A stretch of 64,000 nucleotides of DNA from Azolla caroliniana (GCA_043228905.1 JBHGNT010000014.1:1488001-1552000), one strand, 5' to 3'. Numbered from the stretch's first letter, positions 23,816 through 37,600 are shown. Numbers and translations: made by a program. The notes: generated by a model from the sequence alone, not told the origin.

Positions 23816-26800
23816 ATGTTTAGCCGAAGACATCCCAGAGAACCAACACAACAAGACCGACCAATCACAAGGTCCATCACACACCAGGTAGAGGAACGCG
23901 CACGGCAAAAACCTCGCCTCAATGACCTCAATGATACCTGTCGGGACCACAAAGACAACTTTCCGCTCACCAAATACCCCGGCAACAGGCAGAAAGTTCG
24001 CTCACCACACAAGCACCCTGGTCCTTCCCTGCACGCCATAGCGTCCAACATGGCCTTCTCATATCTCCGCTTCAACGGCGAAACCGACGCCGCAACCCAC
24101 ATTCACATGTTCCTAAATGTCTGGAATGCAAATCACATGGCGCAGAGCCTTCTCGAAGAAGTTGCGCACAAGTCCAAAATGACAGAGTTTGGATTAACTT
24201 TGGATGGGAGAGCGGTGTTTTGGCATTCGTAGATGGATCTGCCAGCAATCAAGACCTTCGACCATCTGCAGTCGGCCTTTTTGTGTTTCTTTCATCGGAA
24301 GGTGCCGCAACGCGAAATCCTCAGGCAATTTTATACAATTAAACAGTTGTCGGCTGAGACTGTAGCGGATTTCAGTTTACGCTTCCAAAATCTACGATGG
24401 AAATTAGAACAGGGCCCAACGGAGGAGGAGGCTCGGGAGACATTCCTAGCAGCTCTACGACAACCGATACAAACGACGCTCAACAACAATAGCGTGAAAG
24501 GAGAAACGACCGACATGGTCATAGAACTAGCACTACAGCTCGAGTTGGATGACGAAGAAGAAAGGTTTTCCATGTCCTCATTACGGCAAGCGTTACCTCA
24601 GGACAAGGAATGACACTTCCGTCAAGCAATCTAGTGCACGATTTGCTTGAATTCTGGGCATTCCACAGTCGAATGCAACATGCGAATCCATTGCCCAATC
24701 TATAACTCAAAAGCACACACGGTGGAGCAGTGTGAGTACAATATGTTGAATAGTGCCACACCCACAATACGAAGCGTGGAAACACAGCGCCCCCCTCGCC
24801 GTAATGAGCAAAGGTGGCAAGAAGAACAACCCTAGTATATGGATCGGAACCCACGCGATGACCGGCACTACCGGAATCGCCAGAATAACAATGTTTCTGA
24901 GGAAGACGAGCCGGAGGATGAAGACTACCGGGGCAACCACAGAAATACTAAAGGGGGCCGACGCTACGAGAATTACCGTCCGAACGGGGTGGCTTCAATG
25001 GACCTTGAGGAAAACATCGCCAGTAACGGGACCAACGTCAGTACGATGAAAATTCGGACGATGACCGGCACCAAGAACCACGTCGGGACCAACAACAACC
25101 ATCGTGTATGCTCCGAAGAACGAACCAGGACCGGGAGGAGCAAGTCACACCTGGGGATCGACACACACCACCAGTTGCCGAGAAAGGCGAATCTAGCGTC
25201 CATTGTTTTGTTTGCCGACAACCCGGACATTATGCCACGCAATGCCCATTACGCAAGGGCAAGGGGCCCGTTGTCAATATGATTACGGCGGAAGTGCAGC
25301 AAGTCACGACACGACAACAAACAAAAAATGTTGATTGGGCCGCGCAAGATGAGATACGCCAGACGGCCCAAGCATGGGTTGAAAAAGCAAATGCGGCAAA
25401 TACGGAACGCATGCGGAAGGAGTCTACAAACACGGTGGAGCCATCAGAGGAAGATGTAATATCTCCAGATCCCATATGGCAAGCATTGACAGGTTGTGAG
25501 ATAACGCTAACCATGGAGAAGCTACTTCAACTAGTCCCACGGTTCCGCCAAGCCGTGGAGGATCGTATAACGGGCAGACCTAGGGTAAGCGTCTCCGCAA
25601 ATTTTACGGACATCAGCGTTGGACCAATAGTGGTAGATCACCACAATCCGGCTATTAAGTTGATACTACAAGGTCAGGAAATCCCAGGATGCGTAATCAA
25701 CGGCGGCTCTGGCGTCAATGTAATTAGCGCGAAGACATGCGAACAATTGGGAATTTCAGAATGGGAAGCTTGCCCGTTTTGGCTTCGCATGGCGAATACC
25801 CGCTCAGTACAGCCATTGGGTTTAATATGCAAGATAGGCATTATCGTGGGAGGAAATCGCTTCGACATCTCGGCGGTAGTCCTCGCCCTCGACGCCCCAG
25901 GAGCATATCCTATGCTGATAGGCAAACCCTGGCTTTGTTCAGCGAATATCAAGCAGAGCTGGCAACATAAGTGCATCAGCTTTCGACGCGGACGCACCAA
26001 GGTTCGCGTACCAACAGAGGAAATGGTGGCACAACCCAAGGGCATAACACCGTTATATGCAGAGGATATAAATATGTTGGTTGGGGTGGATGATACAGAA
26101 TTAGAAGTATACCTAGACGAGCACCCACGAATCATTCTGCTATTCGAAATCGACGTCATCGAAACCGCGACAGAGTATGCCACACCCGCTACGCTCCACG
26201 ACGAGGCTTACAAACCAAACCTGGAGTCAATATTAGAAGTAAGCAAAGCACGGGCAGCGTTCGAGAGGGAAATGGAAATTTCACGATGAGTCACTACCTC
26301 AGCCCTAGAAGAAGTAAACGTGGGTACAACATCAGAACCCTGATTCCTCTCCATCGCAAAAGAATTACTGCCGGATCAGAGAGACACAATGATAGCACTA
26401 CTCAGGAAGTATAAATATGTGTTCGCCTAGTCCCACGAGGACATGAAAGGGTTAGATCTGAAGTTCTATCAACATAAGATCAATTTAGCAACCGATGCGA
26501 AACCGGTCCAACAGCGTCAATACCGCATGAACCCAAACTACGCGGCTCGCGTAAAAGAAGAAATTGACAAACTCGTCAAGCCCGGATTCATACGACCAGT
26601 CAAACAAGCTACATGGTTAAGCCCGATAGTAGTTGTACCAAAGAAAAATGGCAAAATACATGTATGCATGGACTACCGGAAATTGAACGTCGTAACCATT
26701 ACCGGCGCATTCCCTTTACCGTTCACCACAACCTATTGGACACCATCGCAGGGCATGACATGTACAACTTTTCATATGGCTTCAGTGGGTACAATCAAGT

Positions 26801-29153
26801 ACGCATGCACCCCGACGACCAAGAGAAGACGACGTTTGTGACGGACTGGAGAGTCTATGTTGCAGTTCGGGCTAAAGACGGCGCCGGCTACATTTCAATG
26901 GACAATCACGGAGATTTTTGGGGAATATATTTCGGTCTTCATGCAAGTTTTTTTAGACGATTTTGCGGCATATGGGACAACAACCGACCATTTTACGCAT
27001 CTGCAACTTTGCCTGGAGCATTGCCGAACCGCGCGCTTAAGCTTGAATCCCGCCAAATGCGCCTTCGGCGTTACCAGCGGGGCCCTCCTCGGCCACATAG
27101 TTAGTGAGGAAGGGATAGCGGTCGATCCAAACAAAATCTCCACGATTACCCACGCGAAAACACTAACAAACGCGAAAGCACTCAACCGGTTCTTGGGCCA
27201 AATATGATGGCACATTCGAATGATACGCTATTTGGCGGACTTCGCCACGCCATTACATGTCGTCGTTCATCGGACTCCTTTCAAATGGACAACAACGGAA
27301 GAGAAGGCGTATGATGTGCTAAAGGTAATGCTCACGCACGCACCCATCGTACAACCACCAGTTTGGGCGAAGCCATTCCACGTGTTCGTAGATGCCTCGG
27401 ACATAGCAATAGGTAGTGCGCTAATGCAGCTCACGAAGCCGAATTGGTACTGGCCATTGTACTACACTAGTCGGAAACTATCAATGGTTGAGCGTAACTA
27501 TTCCACAACGGAACGTGAGGCATTGGGTATGATATACAGTATCAATAAGTTCCAACATTATCTGCTAGGGCGGAAATTCACGTTTCACGTGGATCATTCG
27601 GCCTTGCTATATTTGGTAGGGAAACAAGCACTGACAGGGAAATTGGCTAGATGGATGTTGTTGCTTCAAGAATTCGACTTTGTAATTCAACACCGACCGG
27701 GTACGCAGCACGTGGTGGCAGATTTCTTGAGCAAACTAGATAATGGAGAAACGGCGCAAAAGGATGACGACGACTTTTCGGATGCAGACATTCTGCGTGT
27801 AGCAACTCTAGCAAAACGAACAGAAAAGACTTTTCCGGATCGGTGGCTGATGGAAATGACCTACTTCTTGACCACGGGGTTACCGCCACCCCAATTACGG
27901 ACAGACAAGAAAAAACGGTTGGTCGTACGAAGTCGAAATTTCTGTTTAGTAGAAGATATCCTATACCACAAAGGCAGTGACGGCATCTGGAGGCGGGGAA
28001 TACGGCAAGATGAGAAGGCCACGGTTCTACGCGAAGCCCACTGTGGTAAGACGGGAGGACATTACACGGGCGATGTTACGGCCCGGAAAATCTAGCAAGC
28101 GTGACTTTGGTGGCTGACTACGCAAAAGGATGCGTATGACTATTGCCGACAGTGCGATTTATGTCAACGACTGGGCCAGGCCACGGAAGCCGCGAGAATG
28201 CCACACCAACTAGTGTTGCCACTGGATCCTTTCCAAAAGTGGGGGATAGATTTGGTGGGACCTTTTACCTCGGCGGCCGCTCGAATAGGCAATAACTATA
28301 TCCTGGTGGCCACGGATTACTGTACCAAGTGGGTAGAAGCGAAACCACACGCGAGAATACCACGGCAGTCACGGCAAAATTCCTTTACGAACACATCTGG
28401 TGTCGTTTCGGCTGTCCTATCGAGCTCATTAGTGACCAAGGGAGTCACTTTCTAAATATGGTCATCAACGAACTGACCCAACATTATGATGTGGTTCACA
28501 AAAAAAGTACGTCGTATTACCCACAGGCAAATGGCTTGGCAGAATCCACGAACAAAACCCTACAAACTATCCTCAAAAAGATAGTCAATGAGAACAAAAC
28601 GGATTGGGATACCAAATTGCACAACGTGTTATGGGCATACCGTACCAGCTATAAGACTAGCATACAATCAACGCCTTTCAGGCTAGCATTTGGGCTGGAG
28701 GTCGTGATGCCAGTCAAATTCCAGGTACCCAGTCTGCGAATTCAAGTACAAGCCCGGCTACTAGAGGGCAAATCTGAGCAAATACGGCTACAAAAACTAT
28801 TGGAGCTAGGCGAAACACGGTTACGCAATATGGCCATATTGGAGCAAGAACAGCGGCGGCGCAAAGCATTCGTGGACCGACACCGGCATACGGCGGAAAA
28901 AGATTTTACGGTTGGGAAAACGGTTTTAGTTTGCGAAACACGCATGGGGCATATGCCAGGAAAATTACGATTCCGCTGGACAGGCCCGTACTGGATAGTG
29001 GGAGCAGAACAGGGTACGTTTCAACTTGGCACGTTGGCCAGGGAAGTGTTACAACAAAAAGTGAATGGGTTTCGCCTTAAACCTTATCTGGGACCTACGC
29101 CACCTAACCCGTTTCCCGCCGGACAGGACAAAGCCGGGAAATCCGCGAAGTAA
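23816..29153 (+). pseudogene. Gypsy-2 gag-pol (gag, CCHC, protease, RT, RNase H, integrase with GPY motif; no chromodomain)
   Basis: Motifs [51 protein letters not shown] and WTGPY, with scattered stops and frameshifts. Confidence 0.93.
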
Positions 29154-29496
29154 GTATGGGGCTCCATTTGTACTATAGTGTAAAAAGAATATTGTATGTA
29201 ACCGTTACGTAAAAAAAAAAAAAGAAAGAAGATAGCGACGCTATTAAAAGGACTTAAGGCATGCACAAACTTCTAGATCAAGAACACGCGGCACCACGAT
29301 GGCTCACCGACCAATGAACCCTAGGCCACAAAAAGAAGGAAATAGAAGGTTTTCTGCATAGTACAAAAACCAACCTTCTAACTGTCATCGCTCTCATCAC
29401 TCCCCTCCCTCACCCTCTTCTCCATCCTATCACAGAGCTCAAGTTCGCCATAGCCAGCAGTCCTCACCCATCAGCCACGAGCCTAACCACCCGACT

Positions 29497-32163
29497 ATGC
29501 CAATACCTATTTCTACCGCCTTGTTTTGATGGCTCGTGGAGAAACGCTTGGATGGATACATCAGAGTCGCCGAGGCACCTCCCCACCCTGACGCACTGGA
29601 CATCGCTAGGAACCTCAATATCGACACAATCACCAACACCTCCATCCGGAAAAAGCTTGACCTGTCATCACTAGGAGAAAGGCATTTCGAAATCCCTCCT
29701 GCGGAAACTTTGCAAAGATATTTCGGGCCATACTCGGCGTCCACCAAGGCATACAGAACGAAGGAAATCCCCGACCCCTTTTTCCACGAAATAGCCAAGT
29801 TCCTGTTGGAGGTCGGATGCGTACATGTAAACGCATATGGGATGCCCAAGCAGAAGGCAGGTATCATCATTGATACCTTTGAAGGGCGCACGGTCGATTG
29901 GGGGGTCATTACGGGACCAACGTTATGGGAAGGCTTGCGTATCAAGGAGGCAAAAGGCTAAGGCCTATCATACAACAGTATCTGACGATACTATTCCCAC
30001 CCTGAGGACTGTCGTCACCGCAGCCCAGCAAACCCACGCCGCCGCCACGATCCGTGAAGCAAAGGTTAGCGGAGTTGGCCACCACAGAGTGGGAAGATGA
30101 ACCCCAATCAGCCCAGATAAACACGCGAACAACGCAGGAAGAACGGGCAGAGCGCAGCGAGGAAGCTGCGTAGGAGCCAGAAGCCGAGCCAATTCAAGGA
30201 AGCCCGAGGCCGAAATGGCGGAGGCTGGACAGGAAAGATGGGCGCAGGTTAGTTAAAGACATACTCACGGCCACAAAGACGACAATTGTGGTCGACAACT
30301 CTATAGCTACGGAGCCCAACACCACCTTCGAAGTAATACGGGAACCACGGCCAATCATTACAGCCCAGTCACAACGGGGGAAAGGCGTATTTACGGCGGA
30401 AAGCGAGGTCCTGGCATATCTAGACATTCCGGACACAGCCCATGAGCTCGGCGCACTATTATAAATCGGAACCACTTTTGAACTCATGGAATTTTCGGCA
30501 ACACAACAAATAAACGTCTCACAACGTATGGTCGAGGAGCACGTGGAGCGCCAAATGATTGAGCGTGCGCTAACACAAACGCGGAAAGCGATGATGAGGA
30601 GCAGTTAGCCAGATTTGGTAGACAATGGAACGCCGGTATACGCCGAATGGGGATGGAACTACCCCCATTAAACGCGGCCCTTGTCGAAGTTCATAGGGAA
30701 CTGACGAAGGTTAGTATGGGTGCCAAGGATATGGCGTTTAAAAATAAAAATGTCTGGAAGACTGTTAAACTGACCCAAGCCGAGCTACAAAAGGCCAACA
30801 CACGCATCGTGGAGTTGGAACGTAACGCGACTACGGCACAACAGGCAGCTCAACCAACAGCCAACGTTGTCGAGGCCCTGAGAGAAGAAATTGAAGCCCA
30901 GACCGCCATCGCCTCGAAAGCAAAACGGGTCATGCAACTAGCAGAATCGGAGATTGACCGTCTCCGCTCCAAACTTCACCAATCCTCGGACTGAGAAAAG
31001 GACATCCGGGCCAACGGCCAAAAGGCAATGAAGACCTTTGAAGAGAAACTCGTAGCAGAGGCAGCACAGCACACCCGCACGAAAGAAGAAAATGCCAAAC
31101 TACGGGAGGAAGAGGAAAAATCGGAAGCGGCAATTACGGGACTCCAGGCGTATTAGACAAGAAGAAAGCATGGTTTGACGAGCAGCTGGTAGGGGAACAA
31201 GAGAGGAGGCATCAGCTCGAAATCCGCCTGAACAATGAAATGGGAAAGCTAGAAGAATTACATTCAAAGGAATCTCAGCTATGGGCAGGAATGCGGAGCA
31301 CTTATGAGGAAGCGGTGGTGGTTAGTAAACACGAAATCGAAAACCTCAAGAAAACCATAGAAGAAGCACGCAACCGTTGCCAAGCAATAACCAACAACGT
31401 GCGCATACTTCTTCAAACAAATTGGGAGAGGTTTACGGCGCAATTAAAAGCGGCGCTAGACAAAGGCTGGATGGCGTGGGCCGCACAAGCGGCAGAATTG
31501 CATAAATACCAGGCGGTCTGGGAGAACCAAAGGAAAGACGGTCGAGGGTTCTACAAGCTCAATGAGGAAAGCATTGCGGTAGTACGCGAGGACCTAGCGC
31601 AGGACTATCGCACGCTAGCGAACCAACACTCCGAGGAACTCGCGTAGCTACTACACGATTTTGGCGAAAGTCAGGAGGACCTGTTTCACCAGATCATGCA
31701 AACCAGCAGCACGCGAACAAACGAGGAATCCATCGTGATACCAATTCCGGATATTGCCGAACAAGAGGAACCTCAGCCTATGTCACCGGAAACAACCGCT
31801 ATGGTGGACAACACGGAACGGCAAGCGGAGCCCCCCGCTATACTAGAAAGCGAAACCGCCGACCAAGAGGAACCTGAGCCCCATTCACCGGAGCGTATGA
31901 CTACGACGGACACCACGGAGGAGGTTACGGACGAGACGAAACCTCGACCTACCACGAGCCCACCGGCAGCTGAACCAACCGCAATAGCACAAGACGAGCC
32001 AGCAGAACCCGGACCACCCACACAAGAAGCCAACGACACCATGGGAAGCCCTATTGAGCAAGTAGTGGAACCACGCAACGACGCGCCTGTGGACACTATG
32101 CCATCCCCGGACCCGGACACCAGAGCAGAACCAAACATCAGGGCCATTTTGGAGGAAGATTAA
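29497..32163 (+). pseudogene. Extra sense ORF of Gypsy-2 (fragmented; coiled-coil middle, acidic Pro/Thr/Glu-rich tail)
   Basis: Consecutive plus-strand ORF fragments 29536-29961, 30647-30994, 31240-31647 and 31696-32163 lie between pol and the 3' LTR. Confidence 0.7.
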
Positions 32164-34605
32164 AGGGGTGGGTCCGACGTGCCATGGCATTGTCCCACAT
32201 GCGTGCCAGGTGTTGTCCGCCAGAATAGTAACCGACAGACAGGAGCGTAGAAATATAGAATATAGTAAAAACGTAACTCATGTAAACGGTTAACGCGTGA
32301 AGCGTGAACGGCTAAAAGAGCATGTGTATATAAAGGGCAGAAATCCTCTGATAGAGGGAGTGTCTAAAATTTGGTGCATAGAGCGTATCTTAATAGAGTT
32401 TTATCTTCCCTGATATCCTGTGCATATCTGTGGTTAATCTATTGTGTGTTTGTGATTCTTGGTGGTGTATTGTAATCGTTGTAATCGTAAGAAGCGTAGG
32501 CGTGAGTGCGAGTGTTGTGACTAGTGCACTGTCTAGGGAGTTCGGTTGTAGCCGTCTCCCTTATACGCTACTAGGATACAGAGAGTTATCCCATTACGTA
32601 TTACGGTACGACGGTACCATTCGTGGCAACGTAGTCACCTTGAGGTCTAGGTCGAAGGACTGACTGAAGACCGTGTTCCTAATCGGTAACAAGCGGGCCG
32701 ACACGGGGTGTTCCTCATATGCGGAGGACACCAGGTACATGGGTAAAGCGGCGATGCACGAATCTGGCCAGACGAGAGCCGACAGAATGTGCACGGAGGA
32801 AAACCGGAATTTGGCATGGGCGGTGTCTAGCGGTGTTGAGGTGGAGTCAAGGGTTATGCGGCACACGGAGGTGCCGGGACGAGAATACGGGCACGAAGAC
32901 GGATTGCTCGGGTGAGTAGCCTCGAAGAACATCGACGTCCCAAGAAGGATCCTTCACACCAGTTCTGAAGACCTCGGCAGTTCGGCCGACAGGAAACGTG
33001 AGACCGAGGGAGATGGACTGTGGCGGCAAGGGGACAAGGGCAATAGCGAACAACGGCACTGAACAAGTAACCAAGGCATTGCGACGATCGGCGAAGGCCA
33101 AGCGGGCCACTACGGGGTGTTCCTCGGACGCAGAGGACACTTGTATTCAGGGAAGTGAGGAGCGTGCGTACGGTCAATCAAGGGCCACGAGATGACCACG
33201 CGTATGAGACAAGATCTCCGCAAACGACCTGTTGACAGATCAATCGAACCTACGGAGAGGCGAGCGCGAGGATGGAACTAGAGCCGATGGTTTAGATCGG
33301 CAGCGGCCAACACGGTAGTCGGGATCTCTCACCCTTCTTCGGATTTGGCACGTACTAGTGGACGTGCGGTTTGGTGGGGGCGGATGTCGTGAAGTTCCCG
33401 GCCTTAGCAAGAAAACCGGGAATAATGGGAACATCAGCGGGGTGCGGCGTGGGCACCCACCCTTGTGTATACATGCAAATAATAGGGGGATCCATAACAT
33501 GAGTTAATTCGGGATAGAGGATCCCATGTATAGCGGGATTTATCCCACATTGTTATGCATCCCTCTCCTTGTTCTATAAAAGGAAGGGAGCATCCCTTGT
33601 AAAATGGTTCCTCATTTTTGAGGTTCCATAGGTTCCCATTTCTTGTATTTGGGTTCCATTTTTGTTTTCTTTATAATAGAGTTTGTTTCCATTTTGTTTA
33701 TCTAGGGTTCATTCTCTATACTTTCATGTAGAAAGGCTAGGGTTTTCCTCTTCTCTTCTGCTTTTATCTTCGTTTGTTGGTCTGTCTCTGTTAGGATTTT
33801 GTTGTGTGAGTGCGTAGGCGAGTGTGTTTAGTTGTGGCTGACAGTGGGTGGGTTGTCTTCACTCCTTTCTTTCTCTCTGTGTATGTTGTCTCCCCTTTCT
33901 CCATCATTTTTGCATGTGTCCTAGGTGTTGCCGCGGCGCCAACGTTCGCGACAAGCCATGGGCTCAATGGTCAGGTGTCTTGTTTCCCTCTCTTGCGTGC
34001 AGGACTCCACTTGCGCCAGTGAGCCTGTGTGGTCCCGATAGGTGTCTTGGCGACAGGAGATGGTCGTTCTGGAAGAGTGCCCTGCACGAGGATCCTCATC
34101 GCTTGAACGAGCCCGGGTGCTCCCCGACTGGTCCTGGGATGTAAGCTCCCTCTCCCTCTTCGTGTGGAACCGGCGTCGCCACAAGTGTCGTGTGCATATA
34201 TGTGTGTCTATGTTTCTGGTTAGCATAGGGTTTGGGAGCGGGTGCGTGCATAGTTGCCGGTGTAGAGGTGTTGGTTGTAACCGGGTGTGTATATGTGTGT
34301 GTGCATGTGTGTGGGCGTGGTTAACCGGGCCGTGACCCGTGCCTCTTTTGAGGCCCTTGTACATGTGGGTAGGAGGGTTGCGCGGATACGCGCACGTGCG
34401 CTCTCTTCCTTCAAGAATCCGGGTTACTTCCGGGACGAGTCTGCAACCATCCGGTTCGGTCTTCCCCGAACACCATCCGGAACCGATCCGACCGGCAATG
34501 CGGCAGGCTCCGGAGGATTCGAGTTTCCGAAAACTCCTCCCCTCCTGGTCCATGACCCCGGTGGTCCCACCTGGATCCGACATGCAAGCGCAGGATTCCG
34601 CGACA

Positions 34606-37600
34606 CCGTAAGAATATACGAGGATTCATAAGGGGTGAAACATGATAATGTGGTTGATGTGTATGAGTGTGTGAGGATGAGTATGTGCATTAACACATGC
34701 ACATTTGTGTGCATGTGTACAAAAGTGAGAGAGTGGGTCAGTAATGTAACTCCCTGCTTGTCTCATTCTTTTGTAACGGTTACCTCATGTACTATATAAA
34801 CCCCTAATGGGGCATGTAATGGAGATAGATTTTTCCCTCTCATTTTTTTTGTCATTGTTTCTCTTTCCCTCTCTCTCTCCCCCTCACACGTAACCCCCTT
34901 GGGAGGGGGGTGGAGCCATTGTAGGCTTCAGCCCCCCACCCATAACACTAGCACGCCGAGTGGGATAGATGGACAAAGTCGGCCGGTGGATAGTGTCGGC
35001 AGACAGGAGGCCAACCAACTGGATAGATAGCCATCAACGACAAACAAAGATAGTCGACACTGGCAACTGGCCACAACTAACAAATGACCAGCCGGAAACC
35101 CGGTTGACAAAGGCACGACCAGACAGATGGCGATGGTCGACGTCTGATAGAGCAGACAAACGACGATAGAGTCGACCGCCGAACAACAACGGTCGAGCCG
35201 ACGTCCGACAACAGAACCGGTCGAATAGCCAACAGAGAAACGGCTGGCGAGGGGAGATGGGCCCGGACAAATGGTGATGGCCATCGAACAGAGGGTCCCA
35301 CAGTCGGCCAATGGACAGAAGATCGGAATAGACGAAAAATATAGGGCGAGGAAGAAGAAGACATGGGAAAGCGAGAGGGCAACGCCGACAACAGGAGATG
35401 AAAAGCAGCAAAATAAGATACAAACAAAAGAGAAACAGAGGAAAGAAGAGAAGATGAAAAGTAAAACAGAGAGGAGAAGGAGAAGAACGTAGGAAGAAGA
35501 CAGAGAGAAGACATAGAAGAAGAAAGTGACGAAGAAGAAAAAGAAGAAAAGAAGAGAGAGAAGAGGGGTATGAAGAGAAAATTTAAGAAACATAAGGGCA
35601 GAGAAGGTGAAATTTCAAAAATTCAAGGGCCAATAAAATTTCAAAAAACAAAAAACTTGAGGGTAAAAATTTTAGAGACCAAGGGTACAAAATACGAAGC
35701 TCAATTCACATGACGAAACCGAAAAATACACATACATGTAACAGGATCACGAAAGGCCCATGCCACAATGGAGGAGCCAATTGGTGTGTGATCCAATTGA
35801 GCGACATGATGACCGAACGAGAAGGTTCGAGTCAAGCAATGCTCCGATTGAAGTTATCGATCGTAGAGCTATGATCCGGTTGATGGATTTCCGACCGTTG
35901 AGACGATCAATGGAGTTCCGGTCGTTAATAGTTGTCATGGCGAGTGAGTTCACCGTGCGATGCATTGTCTCATAAGCGTGCCATGTGTTACCCGTAGGAG
36001 TTGTACGGGGCGGTATAAAGGTAAAACACGTTAAAGGGGTTGTTCGGTATGTGTAAGGTATATGAGTGTGAGGATGAGTATGTGTGAGCACATGCACAAT
36101 TATGTGCATGTGACAAGAATGTAACAATCTCTTTTTGTAACAGACATATTATTTACCGTTACATTATGTACTATAAAAACCCCTTATGGGGGCACATAAG
36201 GAATATACATTTCCCCCTTCTCATTTTTGTGTCATTTTGTATTTTCACTTTCCTTCTCTCTCTCTCTCTCTCTCTATCGTAACCCCCTTGGGAGGGGGGT
36301 GAAGCCATTCACCCCCCACCCTATCAACACTTTTGGCATGCCTGAACGGCCGACCCTTCCTTGAGAAGAAGTCTCTCACTCTCCTTCTCCCTCACTAATC
36401 TCTCTATCCCCTCCCGGTTATTTGTTTTCTTGTACTCTTTTTGTGAGTATTGTCCATCATTTAGTTCTATGTCCCCCATTCTCTTCTTGTTTTTCCTGGA
36501 AACTTATTTGTGTCAAAGTTCATGGCATCTTATGGTGCAAAGATCCAATCATTTTGAGGGCCTTACAACAAGTTCCAGTTATTGGACAAGAAGAAATAAG
36601 TTCTTGGATACAACAAATGTTGCAAGAAGTGAGTCATTGAGCATCTGATGAATCAGGATGTTTCCATGTCCAAGAGTTGATCTTTAGATCAATTAGAAGA
36701 AGGTTCACCATTAAAGCTGGCAATTGCTATAAGAAGTCATAAATGGCAAGTGATGTTCAGGATGTGCATAACCTCATCCTCATGGCAAGAGTTTAATCAT
36801 GCAGCAGTAGTGTAAGAGATGAAGAGATTCTATCCATGGCAATGGATTCTTCAATGCTTCACTTGACAAAGAAAACAAAAAGAAGGAGAAGGAGAAAGAA
36901 AGAGAAGAAGAAGGGAACAGAAAGGAAGGCGGAGATAAAAGGGAAGGCCAAGACAGAAGACACGCTCTGAAAGGGAAGGAAAGGAATAGAAGAGAGAAAC
37001 CAGAAGCGAAAAACAAGAAGAAAAGAACAAGACGACTATGGAAAGAAGAAAAATACATGGATAACAAAACAAGAGAGAAACGAAAGGGGCCGAAACAAAG
37101 TTTTGAAAACAGAGGGGCATAATGAGGAGTTTCAGAAACATAAGGGCGTAAGATAGAATTTCAAGAACTGGAGGGCAGAATGCGAAATTTCAAAAGCTCA
37201 AGGGCATAAGACAAAATTTCAAAACTTAGGGGGCAGAAGAGAAATTTTCAAATACTGGGGGGCATACGGTAAAATTTTAAAAAATTTTGAGGGTAAAAAT
37301 TTTAAAGGGTACAAAATGGAATACTCACTTTATATGACGAAACAAAAATTACACATACATTCAACGATTTCACAACCCATGCCACAATGAACTAACCGAT
37401 TGGTGTATGATCCAATCGCGAAATGTGTTGACCAAATGAGAAGGTTCGAGTCAAGCAAAGCTCCGATTGAGGTTCTCGATTGTAGAGCAGTGATCCGGTC
37501 GAGGGATTTCTGATCGTTAAGACGACCGATGGAGTTCCGATCGAGAAGAGTTGGCATGGCGAGTGGGTTCACCGTGCAATGCACTGTCCCATAGGCATGC

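Larger units (their letters stand above)
23281..32691 (+). mobile_element. Gypsy-2: full-length non-chromoviral Ty3/Gypsy element with an extra 3' ORF
   Basis: 481-bp LTRs 23281-23761 and 32211-32691 (about 24 differences by eye, ~95% identical). Perfect TSD AGCGG. PBS TGGCACGCTTGGTG at 23766. Confidence 0.97.
22199..34605 (+). mobile_element. 3' region and 3' LTR (33385-34605) of a related LTR element; host of Gypsy-2
   Basis: PPT GGTGGGGGCGGA is followed by TGTCGTGA...CCGCGACA. Host sequence joins across the Gypsy-2 TSD, and the joined motif GGCCAAGCGGGCC recurs at about 33096. Confidence 0.75.

Noticed and set aside
34928-35593. 221-aa hydrophobic minus-strand ORF (also 36780-37141)
   Set aside because: It is the translation of a GA-rich low-complexity tract.
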